Shown piece by piece: positions 32,941 to 41,174 of a stretch of 51,820 nt of DNA. Made by a program: the position numbers and the translations under genes. The notes below the pieces were generated by a model. That model had not been told where the DNA came from and made no database searches. It worked only from the letters and a program-made list of their open reading frames with translations. Every line of letters starts with the position of its first letter. Positions within the stretch are counted from its first letter, which is position 1. The DNA lies in contig DATJZK010000003.1 in the NCBI GenBank assembly GCA_035499145.1, positions 1-51,820 on the forward strand, read 5' to 3'. The DNA is from Thermoplasmata archaeon (GTDB lineage Archaea > Thermoplasmatota > Thermoplasmata > Lutacidiplasmatales > UBA184).

Positions 32941-33891
32941 TCAGCGCATCTTCGGCACGGGGGTCCGCTCGAGCGCCGTGCGGACGATCGCCTCACCCCG
33001 CACCCCGCGGATCCACGGTTCGGGCTTGACGATCACGCGGTGGGCGAGCCCGGGCTCGGCGAACGCCTTCACGTCGTCGGGCAGGACGTAATCCCGGCCG
33101 GCGAGCAGTGCCCGGGTCCGGGCGAGCTTCTGGAGCGCGAGCGATCCGCGCGGGGAAGACCCGATCTCGGCCCGGGAATCCTCCCGGGTCGCCCGGACCA
33201 GGTCGACGATGTACCCGGCGACCGACGGGTCGATCTCGACCGACTCGACCGCGAGCTGGAGGGCGCGGAACGCGGCCGAATCCGTCACCTGCGGTGCGTC
33301 GATCCGGTCGTCCTTGCGGCCCCGCCGCCGCTCGAGGATCGTCCGCTCCTCCTCGGCGGTCGGGTAGCCGATCTTGAGCCGGAGGAGGAACCGGTCGACC
33401 TGCGCCTCGGGGAGCGGGTACGTCCCCTCGAGCTCGAGGGGGTTCTCGGTCGCCAGGACCAGGAACGGCCGCGGGAGCGGGTACGTCGTCCGCTCGCTCG
33501 TCACCTGGTACTCCTGCATCGCCTCGAGGAGCGACGACTGGACCTTCGGCGGGGCGCGGTTGATCTCGTCGGCGAGGAGGACGTTCGTGAACAGCGGGCC
33601 GGGCCGGAACTCGAAGCCGCCCTTCGACGCGTCCAGGATCTCGCCGCCCGTGATGTCGTGGGGGAGCAGGTCGGCGGTGAACTGCACCCGCTGGAAGCCG
33701 AGGCCGAGCGCCTGGGCGAACGACCGCGCGAGCAGCGTCTTCCCGAGCCCCGGCAGGTCCTCGAGCAGGAGGTGGCCGTCGGCGATGACGCCGGTGAGGA
33801 CCGCCTCGACCGCGAAATCGCGGCCGACCATCGCCGTCCGCACCGCGGTGCGGATGCGGTCGGCGAGCGCGCGCGCCTCGGCCGGGTTCAT
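32941..33891 (-). CDS. MoxR family AAA+ ATPase
   Basis: Walker A LLLEDLPGLGKTLLARSFA, Walker B and sensor LLADEINRAPPKVQSSLLEAMQE, and the typical MoxR (AAA_3) C-terminus. Confidence 0.9.
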   Translation of the reverse strand: MNPAEARALADRIRTAVRTAMVGRDFAVEAVLTGVIADGHLLLEDLPGLGKTLLARSFAQALGLGFQRVQFTADLLPHDITGGEILDASKGGFEFRPGPLFTNVLLADEINRAPPKVQSSLLEAMQEYQVTSERTTYPLPRPFLVLATENPLELEGTYPLPEAQVDRFLLRLKIGYPTAEEERTILERRRGRKDDRIDAPQVTDSAAFRALQLAVESVEIDPSVAGYIVDLVRATREDSRAEIGSSPRGSLALQKLARTRALLAGRDYVLPDDVKAFAEPGLAHRVIVKPEPWIRGVRGEAIVRTALERTPVPKMR

Positions 33892-33922
33892 CGGGGTCGT
33901 CCGCTCCGTTAGAACACCGCCT

Positions 33923-33928
33923 CTTAAG
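33923..33928 (-). promoter_or_regulatory. CTTAAG TATA-like element upstream of moxR
   Basis: 32 nt upstream of the moxR ATG (33891). This suggests moxR has its own promoter, separate from the four upstream genes. Confidence 0.35.
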
Positions 33929-34147
33929 GCCGCCCGGAGACCCCCCGTGTCCCCCGGCCGTAACGATCCGCGTCACCGCAGGCGTTCGCCCTCTCGGCGG
34001 TCTGACCCCGGCCGGGGCTGTCGGGCATCGGGGTTGTCCTCACGTCATCCTCGGCGGACGACCCGTCCGCGTTGAGTCGAGAGGGACCCTTCGTCGATAC
34101 CCGGGGGCGGCCGTCGGCCGGCCCGCCCGGGCACGTCCGCACGCGCC

Positions 34148-34678
34148 CTAAGCGGTTGCGGGCGGCTCCCGGTCGATCAGGTCGGGCCGCCCGAGGAGCA
34201 CGGCGAGCAGGATCGTGGCGAGCACGAGGAGGCCCGCGCCGACGCCGACCAGCGCCTCCCCCGCGGGCAACAGGATCGCGCTCGCCCAGGCGATCGAGAC
34301 GGAGAGGAAGACGAGGAGGAGCGCGGGCGTCGCCCGGCCGAACCCGCCGCCGACCCGGCGCGGGTCCTCGGCGAGCCAGGCGAGGAGGCCGAGGCCGGCC
34401 ACCGCGCCCAGGAACTCTGCGATCGGCGCCGACGGGGCCGTCGCGGCGAGTCCCACGAGGCCGCCCAGCCCCGGCACCGCGACGAACGGGCCGAGGGCCG
34501 ACCCGCGCCAGCGCCGGAGCGCGGCGGAGCCGCCGACCGCGATCGCGGCGACCCCGAGGCCGATCGGCCCCGCCAGCGCGGTCGCCCGCGAGAACAGCGC
34601 CATCGCTCCGGCCCAGAGCAGCAGCAGGACGAGGCGGGCGACCCATCGGTCGCGCGGCGGGGGCGGGGCCGCGGTCAG
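34148..34678 (-). CDS. hypothetical polytopic membrane protein (start uncertain: CTG 34678 or ATG 34603)
   Basis: Hydrophobic helices throughout (e.g. GLGLLAWLAEDP, ALLLVFLSVSIAWASAILL, LLVLATILLAVLL). An in-frame hydrophobic segment (WVARLVLLLLWAGA) lies upstream of the first ATG. The CTG at 34678 overlaps the DUF58 TGA. Confidence 0.45.
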   Translation of the reverse strand: MTAAPPPPRDRWVARLVLLLLWAGAMALFSRATALAGPIGLGVAAIAVGGSAALRRWRGSALGPFVAVPGLGGLVGLAATAPSAPIAEFLGAVAGLGLLAWLAEDPRRVGGGFGRATPALLLVFLSVSIAWASAILLPAGEALVGVGAGLLVLATILLAVLLGRPDLIDREPPATA

Positions 34679-35970
34679 ACGTTCCTCCGTCGTCCCGGTC
34701 CGCGCATCAGGCGGACGAAGCCGCCGAGCGACCAGAAGTCGCTCCAGTCGACGACCGGGGCATGCACCCAGACCTTCGCGAGCCGCTGCCGGCGCTCGAG
34801 GCGTTCGAGCCGGTCCGCGATCGGCTCGTCCTCGACCGACAGCGGATCGCCGCCCCATCGGATCTGGGTCGGCGACGGGCTCAGGACGATCGTCGGGTAG
34901 CCGCGCCGCCGCAGGTAAACGATCAGCTCGGCCTCCGCGTCGCCCGTGAGGCTCGAGATCAGCACCGTCGTCACGCCCGGTGCGAAGAAGCGGGGCAGGG
35001 TCGCCGCGGCCCGCTCCGACGGGCCCGCGACCGGGGAGGGACGGGTCGTCCGGATCGCCTCGCGCACGCGGAGGCGATGTCCCCGTCCGCTCCCCAGGCG
35101 GATCGGATCGATGAACTCGCCGAACGCCGCGAAGCCGATCCGGGCCTTTTCGCGGCCGAACGACTCGACGAGCCCGATCGCCGCCGCCCGGCTCGCTCCG
35201 AGGACGACCTCGTCGACCGACGGGCCGAGGCGCGTCGACCGGGCGTCGAGGAGGATCAGGACGTCCCCGGTCCGGTCAAGCTCATACTCGTTCACGAGCA
35301 GGCGCCCCGCCCGCGCGCTGGCGCGCCAGTTGATCCGCCGGTGCGGGTCGTCCGGCGCGGCGTCCCGGATGCCGAAGAACTCGCCGGCGCTCCCGATCCG
35401 CCGCGAGCGGGTCTCCCCGGGGAGCGCGAGGACGCGGTCGAGCCGCACCGTCCCGAGCCGAAGCAGCTCGGCCGGGTACCGATCGATCTGCAGCGACCGC
35501 CCTTCGGCGCGCACGCTCCGCTCGACGAGGCCGACCGGGTCCCGCCACCGGATCGACGGCGGGTCCGCGAGCGCGACGGTCGGGTACGGCGCCCGCCAGC
35601 GGAGGACGAAGCGGATCGTGTCGCCCGTCGTCCGGACCTCCGGCGCCGCGACCTCGACGAGGTCGGCGGGCGTGGAGAACTCGAGCACCACGTCGACGAG
35701 GTCGCTCCCGGCGGGCGCCCGGACGACCCCGCCGACCGTCACCTCCGCGCCCGCGCCGAGCGCCTGCCATTCGAGGCGGGCCCGCAGCGTGCCGCGCGGC
35801 CCGGCGAGCGCCGCCGCGATCGGCGCGATCAGCAGCGGCAGCGCGACGAACACCGGGGTCGCGAGCCGGAACGCCACGCCGAGGAGCAGGAGGACCGCGC
35901 CGGTGCCGAGGAGGAGATACGCCCCGCCGGTCCAGCGGAAGCCGTCCTCCGGGGGATCGGCGACGTTCAC
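34675..35970 (-). CDS. DUF58 domain protein (vWA-like, MoxR-associated) with two N-terminal TM helices
   Basis: RRINWRASARAGRLLVNEYELDRTGDVLILLDARS is the DUF58 hallmark. GTGA overlap with the upstream stop (35967-35970). Track ORF 34675..36156 trimmed accordingly. Confidence 0.8.
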   Translation of the reverse strand: MNVADPPEDGFRWTGGAYLLLGTGAVLLLLGVAFRLATPVFVALPLLIAPIAAALAGPRGTLRARLEWQALGAGAEVTVGGVVRAPAGSDLVDVVLEFSTPADLVEVAAPEVRTTGDTIRFVLRWRAPYPTVALADPPSIRWRDPVGLVERSVRAEGRSLQIDRYPAELLRLGTVRLDRVLALPGETRSRRIGSAGEFFGIRDAAPDDPHRRINWRASARAGRLLVNEYELDRTGDVLILLDARSTRLGPSVDEVVLGASRAAAIGLVESFGREKARIGFAAFGEFIDPIRLGSGRGHRLRVREAIRTTRPSPVAGPSERAAATLPRFFAPGVTTVLISSLTGDAEAELIVYLRRRGYPTIVLSPSPTQIRWGGDPLSVEDEPIADRLERLERRQRLAKVWVHAPVVDWSDFWSLGGFVRLMRGPGRRRNV

Positions 35971-36371
35971 GCCTCTCCCTCGATCGCGTCGAGGCGGCGC
36001 CGGACGAACGCGCGGAATTCGGCGTCCGGCAGCCGCACCAGCCCCTCGATCTCTTCGCTCGACCGGATCGGCAGTTCGGGCCGGTCCCCCGCCCGGTCGA
36101 GCCGGTCGAGGAACAGGACGATCTGCTCCCGGCCGATGCGGCCGCGGACGAACCACTCCCGAAGGCCCGCGGTGCGGCCCCCGCGGGGGGGCGTCCGCGC
36201 GGGGGCCCGGCGCGCGGTGCGGGCGAGCGCGTCGGCGGCCGTGAACGCCGCCGCCGTCACGGCGATCACCGACATCGGGAGCGCGATCGCGTAGTTCGGC
36301 CCGGCGCCGATCGCCGTGAAGGCCGCGGCGACGGCGATCGCGGGGGGAATGAACCCGAACGGACCTTTCAT
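35967..36371 (-). CDS. hypothetical small membrane protein (2 TM + charged C-terminal domain)
   Basis: MKGPFGFIPPAIAVAAAFTAIGAG..., a second helix, then a soluble tail (EQIVLFLDRLDRAGDRPELPIRSSEEIEGLVRLPDAEF). ATGA overlap with the upstream stop. Confidence 0.5.
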   Translation of the reverse strand: MKGPFGFIPPAIAVAAAFTAIGAGPNYAIALPMSVIAVTAAAFTAADALARTARRAPARTPPRGGRTAGLREWFVRGRIGREQIVLFLDRLDRAGDRPELPIRSSEEIEGLVRLPDAEFRAFVRRRLDAIEGEA

Positions 36372-37279
36372 CGGGCCGGCACCGCGCGCGTGAGGTCGGA
36401 GGCCGCAGCGGCGACCGCCGAACGCACGCGGTTGGCCGCGTCCACGCCCATCGGGTGGGTCGAGTACCGGGCCTCCTCGAACAGCCGGGTCAGGGCGTTC
36501 GCCGCCGGCGCGCGGACGCCGAGGGGGATCAGCAGGTCGGCCCGGATCTCTTCGGGGGTCCGGCCGCTGACGTCGCCGGCGACCTGGACGATCCGGGCGA
36601 GCAGGCGCGCGTACAGCTGCTCGATCACGGCCCGGGGGGAGAGGCCCGCGTTCAGCTCGGAGGCCGCCCCCGCGAGCGCGGCCTGGACGGCCGACACGGC
36701 CGCCGGGTCCGGGCGCATCTCACGGGCCGTGCGCCGGCGGGCGGCCGCCGACCAGGCGGCCGGCACGGCGAGACCCACGAGCCCGAGCGCGACGACCAGC
36801 GCGACCGCGAGATACGTTCCCGCGGGCAGGTGGAAGGAGGAGATCGGCGGGAGGCCGAGCGGCCCGGTGCCGCCGCTCCCGCCCGTCGGGGGCGGGGTGG
36901 ACGAGGAGCCGTTGGCCGGCGGAGAGCTCGCGCCGGTGGACGGACCCAGCCCGATGCCGCCCGAGGGGAGGGTGGAGCCGAAGACCGCGAACAGGACGAG
37001 CATCGCGAGGATCACCGTGGCGAAGGCGATCGCGGACCCCGGCACCTTCACGCCGCCCTCGGTGATCCGACGGTAGACGATCGACCCGAACAGCGCGGCG
37101 AACGGGCTGATCAGCACGATCCCCCACACCCAGGACGGGAGCGTGAACGTCGAGGAGGAGAACGTGGAAAGGCCGTACGGGCGCGTCGCGCTCGCGACGA
37201 GGCTCCCCGCGGCGCCGATCGCGACGGCGACCGCCACGAGGCAGAGGAGGACCGGGGAGGTACGCCACAGACCGGGCAT
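36368..37279 (-). CDS. DUF4129-like membrane protein
   Basis: N-terminal TM or signal-like helix, more TM helices, and an S/T/P/G-rich linker (GASSPPANGSSSTPPPTGGSGGTG). The C-terminus RTPEEIRADLL...ALTRLFEEARYSTHP fits the DUF4129 signature. An AT island (gcgataacc, 37307-37315) lies about 30 nt upstream of the ATG. Confidence 0.55.
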   Translation of the reverse strand: MPGLWRTSPVLLCLVAVAVAIGAAGSLVASATRPYGLSTFSSSTFTLPSWVWGIVLISPFAALFGSIVYRRITEGGVKVPGSAIAFATVILAMLVLFAVFGSTLPSGGIGLGPSTGASSPPANGSSSTPPPTGGSGGTGPLGLPPISSFHLPAGTYLAVALVVALGLVGLAVPAAWSAAARRRTAREMRPDPAAVSAVQAALAGAASELNAGLSPRAVIEQLYARLLARIVQVAGDVSGRTPEEIRADLLIPLGVRAPAANALTRLFEEARYSTHPMGVDAANRVRSAVAAAASDLTRAVPAR

Positions 37280-37336
37280 CGAGCCCCCGAACGACGAACG
37301 ACCCGGCGGGCGATAACCCCTCCGCCCGGGGGCGGG

Positions 37337-38233
37337 TCACCGAGGCGACGAGGGGCCGGGCGCGGCCGGCGCACCGCGCGCGAGGAGGTAGAACGCCCGT
37401 CGCTCGTGCTCGACCGAAAGCACGGCAAAATCGTCGACCCGGTAGCCGGCGTCGAACACCGCGCGGAACGCGTCGCGCACCGCGTGGCGCCACCGGCGGA
37501 GTCCCGTCGGTTCGTGCTCGCGGATCAGGTCGAGGTCGAACGGGATCTCGAGATGGGCGGTCGGGGCGCCGGGCTCGGCGACCGCCGTCGGCCGACGGAG
37601 CCCCTGCTCGCCGGTCTCGGTCTCCACGACCGGCTCCGCCGCCTCCCATCGTCGGAGGTCGTCCGCCCGGTCGGGGAGCGTACCCGCGACGCGCGCCGCA
37701 ACCCGGTCGTCGGCGAGCGCCCACCGGACCCTCAGGCGGTCGCTCTCGGGGTCCGCCGCGGACGGGTCCGCCGGGCGTCCGAAGTAGTGGGGGAGGTACC
37801 GCTCGGGGACCGCGCCGAGCCGGCGGACCGAGAGACCGGCGTTCCGCGCGACCAGCGGGTCGAACGTCCAGCGGACGTCGCTCAGCCCGAGCCGAAGCAC
37901 CTCGTCCCGCAGGTACGCCATGAGCCGGACGCCGAGGCGGTGGTTCCGGTACTCGGGGCGGACCGCGGCGAGGTGGACGTAGTGGTACAGCGCCGAGCCG
38001 TCCCATCCGATCGTCGAGACGGTGACGCCCGCGAGGTAGATGTCGGCGAAGGCGCCGAGGACGAGTCCGCCGTGGTCCTGGAACGCCCGGAGCACGGGGG
38101 CCGGAACGACCCCCGACGGGTCGGCGCCGAGCGCCGCCTGCTGGAGCTCCTCGGCATGGCGGAACTCCTCGGGCTTCTCGAGACGACGGAACCGGAATCC
38201 GTCGGCCCCGCCGGCCGCCGACGGGCCCGCCAT
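37337..38233 (-). CDS. GNAT-superfamily protein (COG3375-like)
   Basis: RWTFDPLVARNAGLSVRRLGAVPERYLPHYFG resembles the conserved WTFDPL..NA motif of this family, as I recall it. Confidence 0.5.
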   Translation of the reverse strand: MAGPSAAGGADGFRFRRLEKPEEFRHAEELQQAALGADPSGVVPAPVLRAFQDHGGLVLGAFADIYLAGVTVSTIGWDGSALYHYVHLAAVRPEYRNHRLGVRLMAYLRDEVLRLGLSDVRWTFDPLVARNAGLSVRRLGAVPERYLPHYFGRPADPSAADPESDRLRVRWALADDRVAARVAGTLPDRADDLRRWEAAEPVVETETGEQGLRRPTAVAEPGAPTAHLEIPFDLDLIREHEPTGLRRWRHAVRDAFRAVFDAGYRVDDFAVLSVEHERRAFYLLARGAPAAPGPSSPR

Positions 38234-38285
38234 CGCGCGTCGACCGACGGTCGGTACTTAACGGACCCGGAGGACCGACGGGCGA

Positions 38286-38711
38286 CTACCGGCGCATCCG
38301 GAACTCGGCCCGCTTCTCCTCGTAGCGGTCCTCGTCGATCGGCGTGAGGTCCCAGAGGATGTCCTCGAGCTCGGGGATGTTCCGGAGGAACTCGGCCTTG
38401 CTCTTGGTCAGCATGAGGTGCTCGAACTTCCGGCGGGCCACGAAGTACGCCCCGACCAGGTAGCCGCCGATGATGACGACGATCGGCCCGAGGATGACGA
38501 AGACGAGGTTGTAGTTCGCGCTCGGCGTGTTGGTCGCCTGGTTGATCGAGTGGAACGGCTCGGAGGCGCCCAGGGGGGTGAAGTCCCCGATGGCGAGGAG
38601 GGTCAGGAGCAGCCCGATCGCGAGGACGACGATCGAGATCGACGCCCGCTCCTGGCGAAGCCCCCGGCGGAACCGCCGGGCGAACGGCACCGCCTCCGCC
38701 TCGTCGGCCAT
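38286..38711 (-). CDS. hypothetical membrane protein (2 TM, charged C-terminal tail)
   Basis: ISIVVLAIGLLLTLLAIG and LVFVILGPIVVIIGGYLVGAYFV helices. The ATG at 38711 lies about 27 nt from the AT island cttatcaag (38735-38743). Confidence 0.5.
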   Translation of the reverse strand: MADEAEAVPFARRFRRGLRQERASISIVVLAIGLLLTLLAIGDFTPLGASEPFHSINQATNTPSANYNLVFVILGPIVVIIGGYLVGAYFVARRKFEHLMLTKSKAEFLRNIPELEDILWDLTPIDEDRYEEKRAEFRMRR

Positions 38712-38754
38712 CCCGTCCGCGGCACGCGGGCTGGCTTATCAAGCTGTCCGGCGG

Positions 38755-38764
38755 GTTTATGAAG
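38755..38764 (+). promoter_or_regulatory. TATA-like element (gtttatgaag) for the plus-strand membrane-protein gene; partner island cttatcaag (38735-38743) serves the minus-strand gene
   Basis: Two separate AT islands in a 75-nt divergent gap, each 23-32 nt from its start codon (GTG 38787 and ATG 38711). Confidence 0.4.
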
Positions 38765-38786
38765 CGGAGGCACCGCTCACGGTCCT

Positions 38787-39284
38787 GTGCGCGGACGTTC
38801 AAACCCTCCGGACATGTCAGTGAGCCCCTCCGTCCCGTCGGACGCCCCGATCGCCGCCACCCCCGCCCAGATGCCCGGGCTGATGGGGGCCAAGCCGACC
38901 CGGCCGATCCCGTGGAGATTCCTGTCGCTCCTCGGGCGCGGCGGGGGGCTGGTGCTGCTGTTCGTCGGGACCCTCATCGAGGTGATCGGCGGGTCGTTCC
39001 CGGCCGACTGCTTCACGTCGCACTGCTCCGGGAGCACGAGCGCCGGCATCCAGTACGCCATCCTGGCGGCCCGGCTGCTCTGGGCGATCGGCGCCTTCGG
39101 ACTCGCCGCCGGCGCGGGGATCGAGCTCCAGTTCATCGAGCAGGGGCCGGAGTCGAACGGGCCCGAGGAGAACGCCCGGTTCCTGGCACGCCGCCGCGCC
39201 GACCTCCTGGTCCTCCTGGTCGGGGTCGGGATCCTGCTCGCGCTGCTGATCACCCAGCCGACGGCGGTCGCCCCGGCGCTGTAG
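38787..39284 (+). CDS. hypothetical membrane protein
   Basis: Hydrophobic helices (GGGLVLLFVGTLIEVIGG, ILAARLLWAIGAFGLAAGAGI, LLVLLVGVGILLALLI). The start could instead be the ATG at 38814. Its 3' end overlaps the convergent gene by 35 nt. Confidence 0.45.
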   Translation: MRGRSNPPDMSVSPSVPSDAPIAATPAQMPGLMGAKPTRPIPWRFLSLLGRGGGLVLLFVGTLIEVIGGSFPADCFTSHCSGSTSAGIQYAILAARLLWAIGAFGLAAGAGIELQFIEQGPESNGPEENARFLARRRADLLVLLVGVGILLALLITQPTAVAPAL

Positions 39285-40071
39285 GGCCCCCGGGCCGCCG
39301 CGGCGGCGACCCGGCCGGTCGGGGGCCGCCGGACGCGGTCCGGCCGTAGGCCGACGGCTCCGAGGGCGCCGCCTCCGCCGGGGCCGTGGACGGCGGGGCG
39401 ATCCGGGAGAGCAGCGGGCGGAGCCGGAAGTACACGATCGCGGAGCCGATCAGGACGAGCCCCGCGGCGACGGTGCCGCCCGCGGGTCCGGCGATCGGCC
39501 CGAGGCCGAGGAGGAAGAAGCCGACGGCGCCGAAGATCGCGCCGGACCAGGGACCGCCCCCGGCGACGCGGGACGCCGGGGTCGGTCGCAGCGAGAGGAG
39601 CCCGCCGGCGACCTCGAGGGCCACGACGGCGAGGGCCGTGACGGCGGTGGCCGCCAGGTCGGCGCCGACGCTGACGCGTCCGCCGGCGTAGGACGCCACG
39701 ATCGCGAGCGCGAGGATCCCGCCGACGGCCGCGCGGAAGCCGAGGGCGTAGAACGGCCCCGCCGGCCCGGACCAGAAGCGGCTGCGCAGGAGGACGAGCT
39801 GTGCGGCCTCCGTACCCGCGACGAGCGCCGCGAGCAGCGCGAACGCCCCGATCAGGGCGGCGCCCGTGATCTCAAGGCGGTACAGCACGAACGCGACCGC
39901 GAGCGGCACGCCGACGAACAGACCGGCCGTGTAGGCGAAGATCTCCCGCCGCTCGTCGAACCGCGTGACGGGCACCTGGGGCTCGGCGAACCGGCCGATC
40001 TCGTAGTAGACGAACCCTCCGGAGAGCACGATCCCCACGAGGGCGCCGATCGTGAGCGAGGCGACGACCAT
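39250..40071 (-). CDS. hypothetical polytopic membrane protein with Pro/Gly-rich C-terminal tail
   Basis: About 7 hydrophobic segments. ATG 2 nt after the trmI stop (TGAcgATG). No family recognised. Confidence 0.5.
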   Translation of the reverse strand: MVVASLTIGALVGIVLSGGFVYYEIGRFAEPQVPVTRFDERREIFAYTAGLFVGVPLAVAFVLYRLEITGAALIGAFALLAALVAGTEAAQLVLLRSRFWSGPAGPFYALGFRAAVGGILALAIVASYAGGRVSVGADLAATAVTALAVVALEVAGGLLSLRPTPASRVAGGGPWSGAIFGAVGFFLLGLGPIAGPAGGTVAAGLVLIGSAIVYFRLRPLLSRIAPPSTAPAEAAPSEPSAYGRTASGGPRPAGSPPRRPGGPTAPGRPPSAG

Positions 40072-40073
40072 CG

Positions 40074-40844
40074 TCAGTCGACCTTCCGGCCCCCGGCGAG
40101 GAATCCGGTGTGGCCGAGCATGTCGAACGCCGGCCGCGTGCCTCCGTCCCCGACATGGATCTCCCGCTCGATCAGCTCCACCGCGCGCACCTCGCTAAAG
40201 CCGGCGGAGCGGAGCGCCCGGACCGTTCGCTCGAGCTGGTTGTACGTCGGCGTGTACGTCGCGACGCCACCTCCCGGGACCAGCGCGGCGCGCGCCGCTC
40301 CGACGACCTCCCACGGCTCGGGAAGGTCCAGCACGACGCTCCCGACCCCCGTCACGTCGAGGCCGTCCTTCGCGACGTCCCGCTCCCGGAACTCCACCCG
40401 GTCGGCGAGGCCCGCGTCCGCGACGTTCCGGCGTGCGGTGGCGAGGAACTCCGGTCGGCGATCGTACGACGTCACCCGGCCCTCGGGTCCGACCAGGAAG
40501 GCGAGCGCGATCGTGAGGGCGCCGCTGCCGGCCCCGGCCTCGGCGACCCGCCCGCCGGGGGCGACCCCCGCGAGGTACGCGAGGTGGGCGGCGTCCTTCG
40601 GGGTCACGATCTGGGGACCGCGCCGGAGCCCGGCGAAGAGGTCCGCGAGGGACGGCCGCACGAGGCGGTACGTCTGCCCGAGCCACGTCACGACGCCGCC
40701 GGGCTCGGTCCCGAGCGACGCGGTGAGGTCGATCACCCCGCCGTCCCCGAGCCGCTGCGGGCCTCGCGCGAGCCGCACGGGGATCGGCGCAGCGCCCGGG
40801 CGGATCAGCACCGCCGGGTCGCCGTCCTGCCACGCTTCGGCCAT
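40074..40844 (-). CDS. trmI: tRNA (adenine-N1)-methyltransferase TrmI/Gcd14 family
   Basis: RGPQIVTPKDAAHLAYLAGVAPGGRVAEAGAGSGALTIALA and LDLPEPWEV match the TrmI pattern. The start is set at the ATG at 40844 because the track start (40883) lies in the AT island. Confidence 0.8.
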   Translation of the reverse strand: MAEAWQDGDPAVLIRPGAAPIPVRLARGPQRLGDGGVIDLTASLGTEPGGVVTWLGQTYRLVRPSLADLFAGLRRGPQIVTPKDAAHLAYLAGVAPGGRVAEAGAGSGALTIALAFLVGPEGRVTSYDRRPEFLATARRNVADAGLADRVEFRERDVAKDGLDVTGVGSVVLDLPEPWEVVGAARAALVPGGGVATYTPTYNQLERTVRALRSAGFSEVRAVELIEREIHVGDGGTRPAFDMLGHTGFLAGGRKVD

Positions 40845-41038
40845 CCGCTCGCCTCGGCTCCGCCGGGGTCGACCCGAGCGCAAAGATAACCGCCGCGACC
40901 GAGAGGGACGACGCCGGCGCGGCTTACGTCGTTGGCTTTAAGCCCCGCTCGTAGCTCCCCTCGCCCCGTTCCCGCACGGTCCGCCGCAGCGCGGACCGGT
41001 CGAGCGGTGGGGAAGTCGAACGGAGAACGGCGAACCGT

Positions 41039-41112
41039 GCGGGCATAGTGTAGTCTGGTTATCACATAGGCTTGCCAAGCCTATAACCCGGGTTCAAATC
41101 CCGGTGCCCGCA
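41039..41112 (+). tRNA. tRNA-Gly (anticodon GCC)
   Basis: GCGGGCA...TGCCCGC acceptor stem with discriminator A. Anticodon stem TAGGC/GCCTA with loop TTGCCAA. T arm CCGGG-TTCAAAT-CCCGG. No encoded CCA. Confidence 0.9.
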
Positions 41113-41145
41113 TCCCGCCGTTCCCTCGGAATCGTCCCCGGAACC

Positions 41146-41154
41146 AGTATATCG
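41146..41154 (+). promoter_or_regulatory. TATA-like element (agtatatcg) upstream of hydrolase gene
   Basis: 23-27 nt upstream of the GTG at 41175. Confidence 0.4.
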
Positions 41155-41174
41155 GGTCGCCCCTCGGCCGTTCC

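Noticed and set aside
33892-34147. Possible SRP (7S) RNA or RNase P RNA in the MoxR-module spacer
   Set aside because: Fragments such as GGUCAGACC and GAUGACGUG vaguely recall SRP helix-8 strands, but they occur in the wrong order on either strand. I found no RNase P CR-I-like GAGGAAAGUCC motif. The spacer is kept only as an unexplained structured region.
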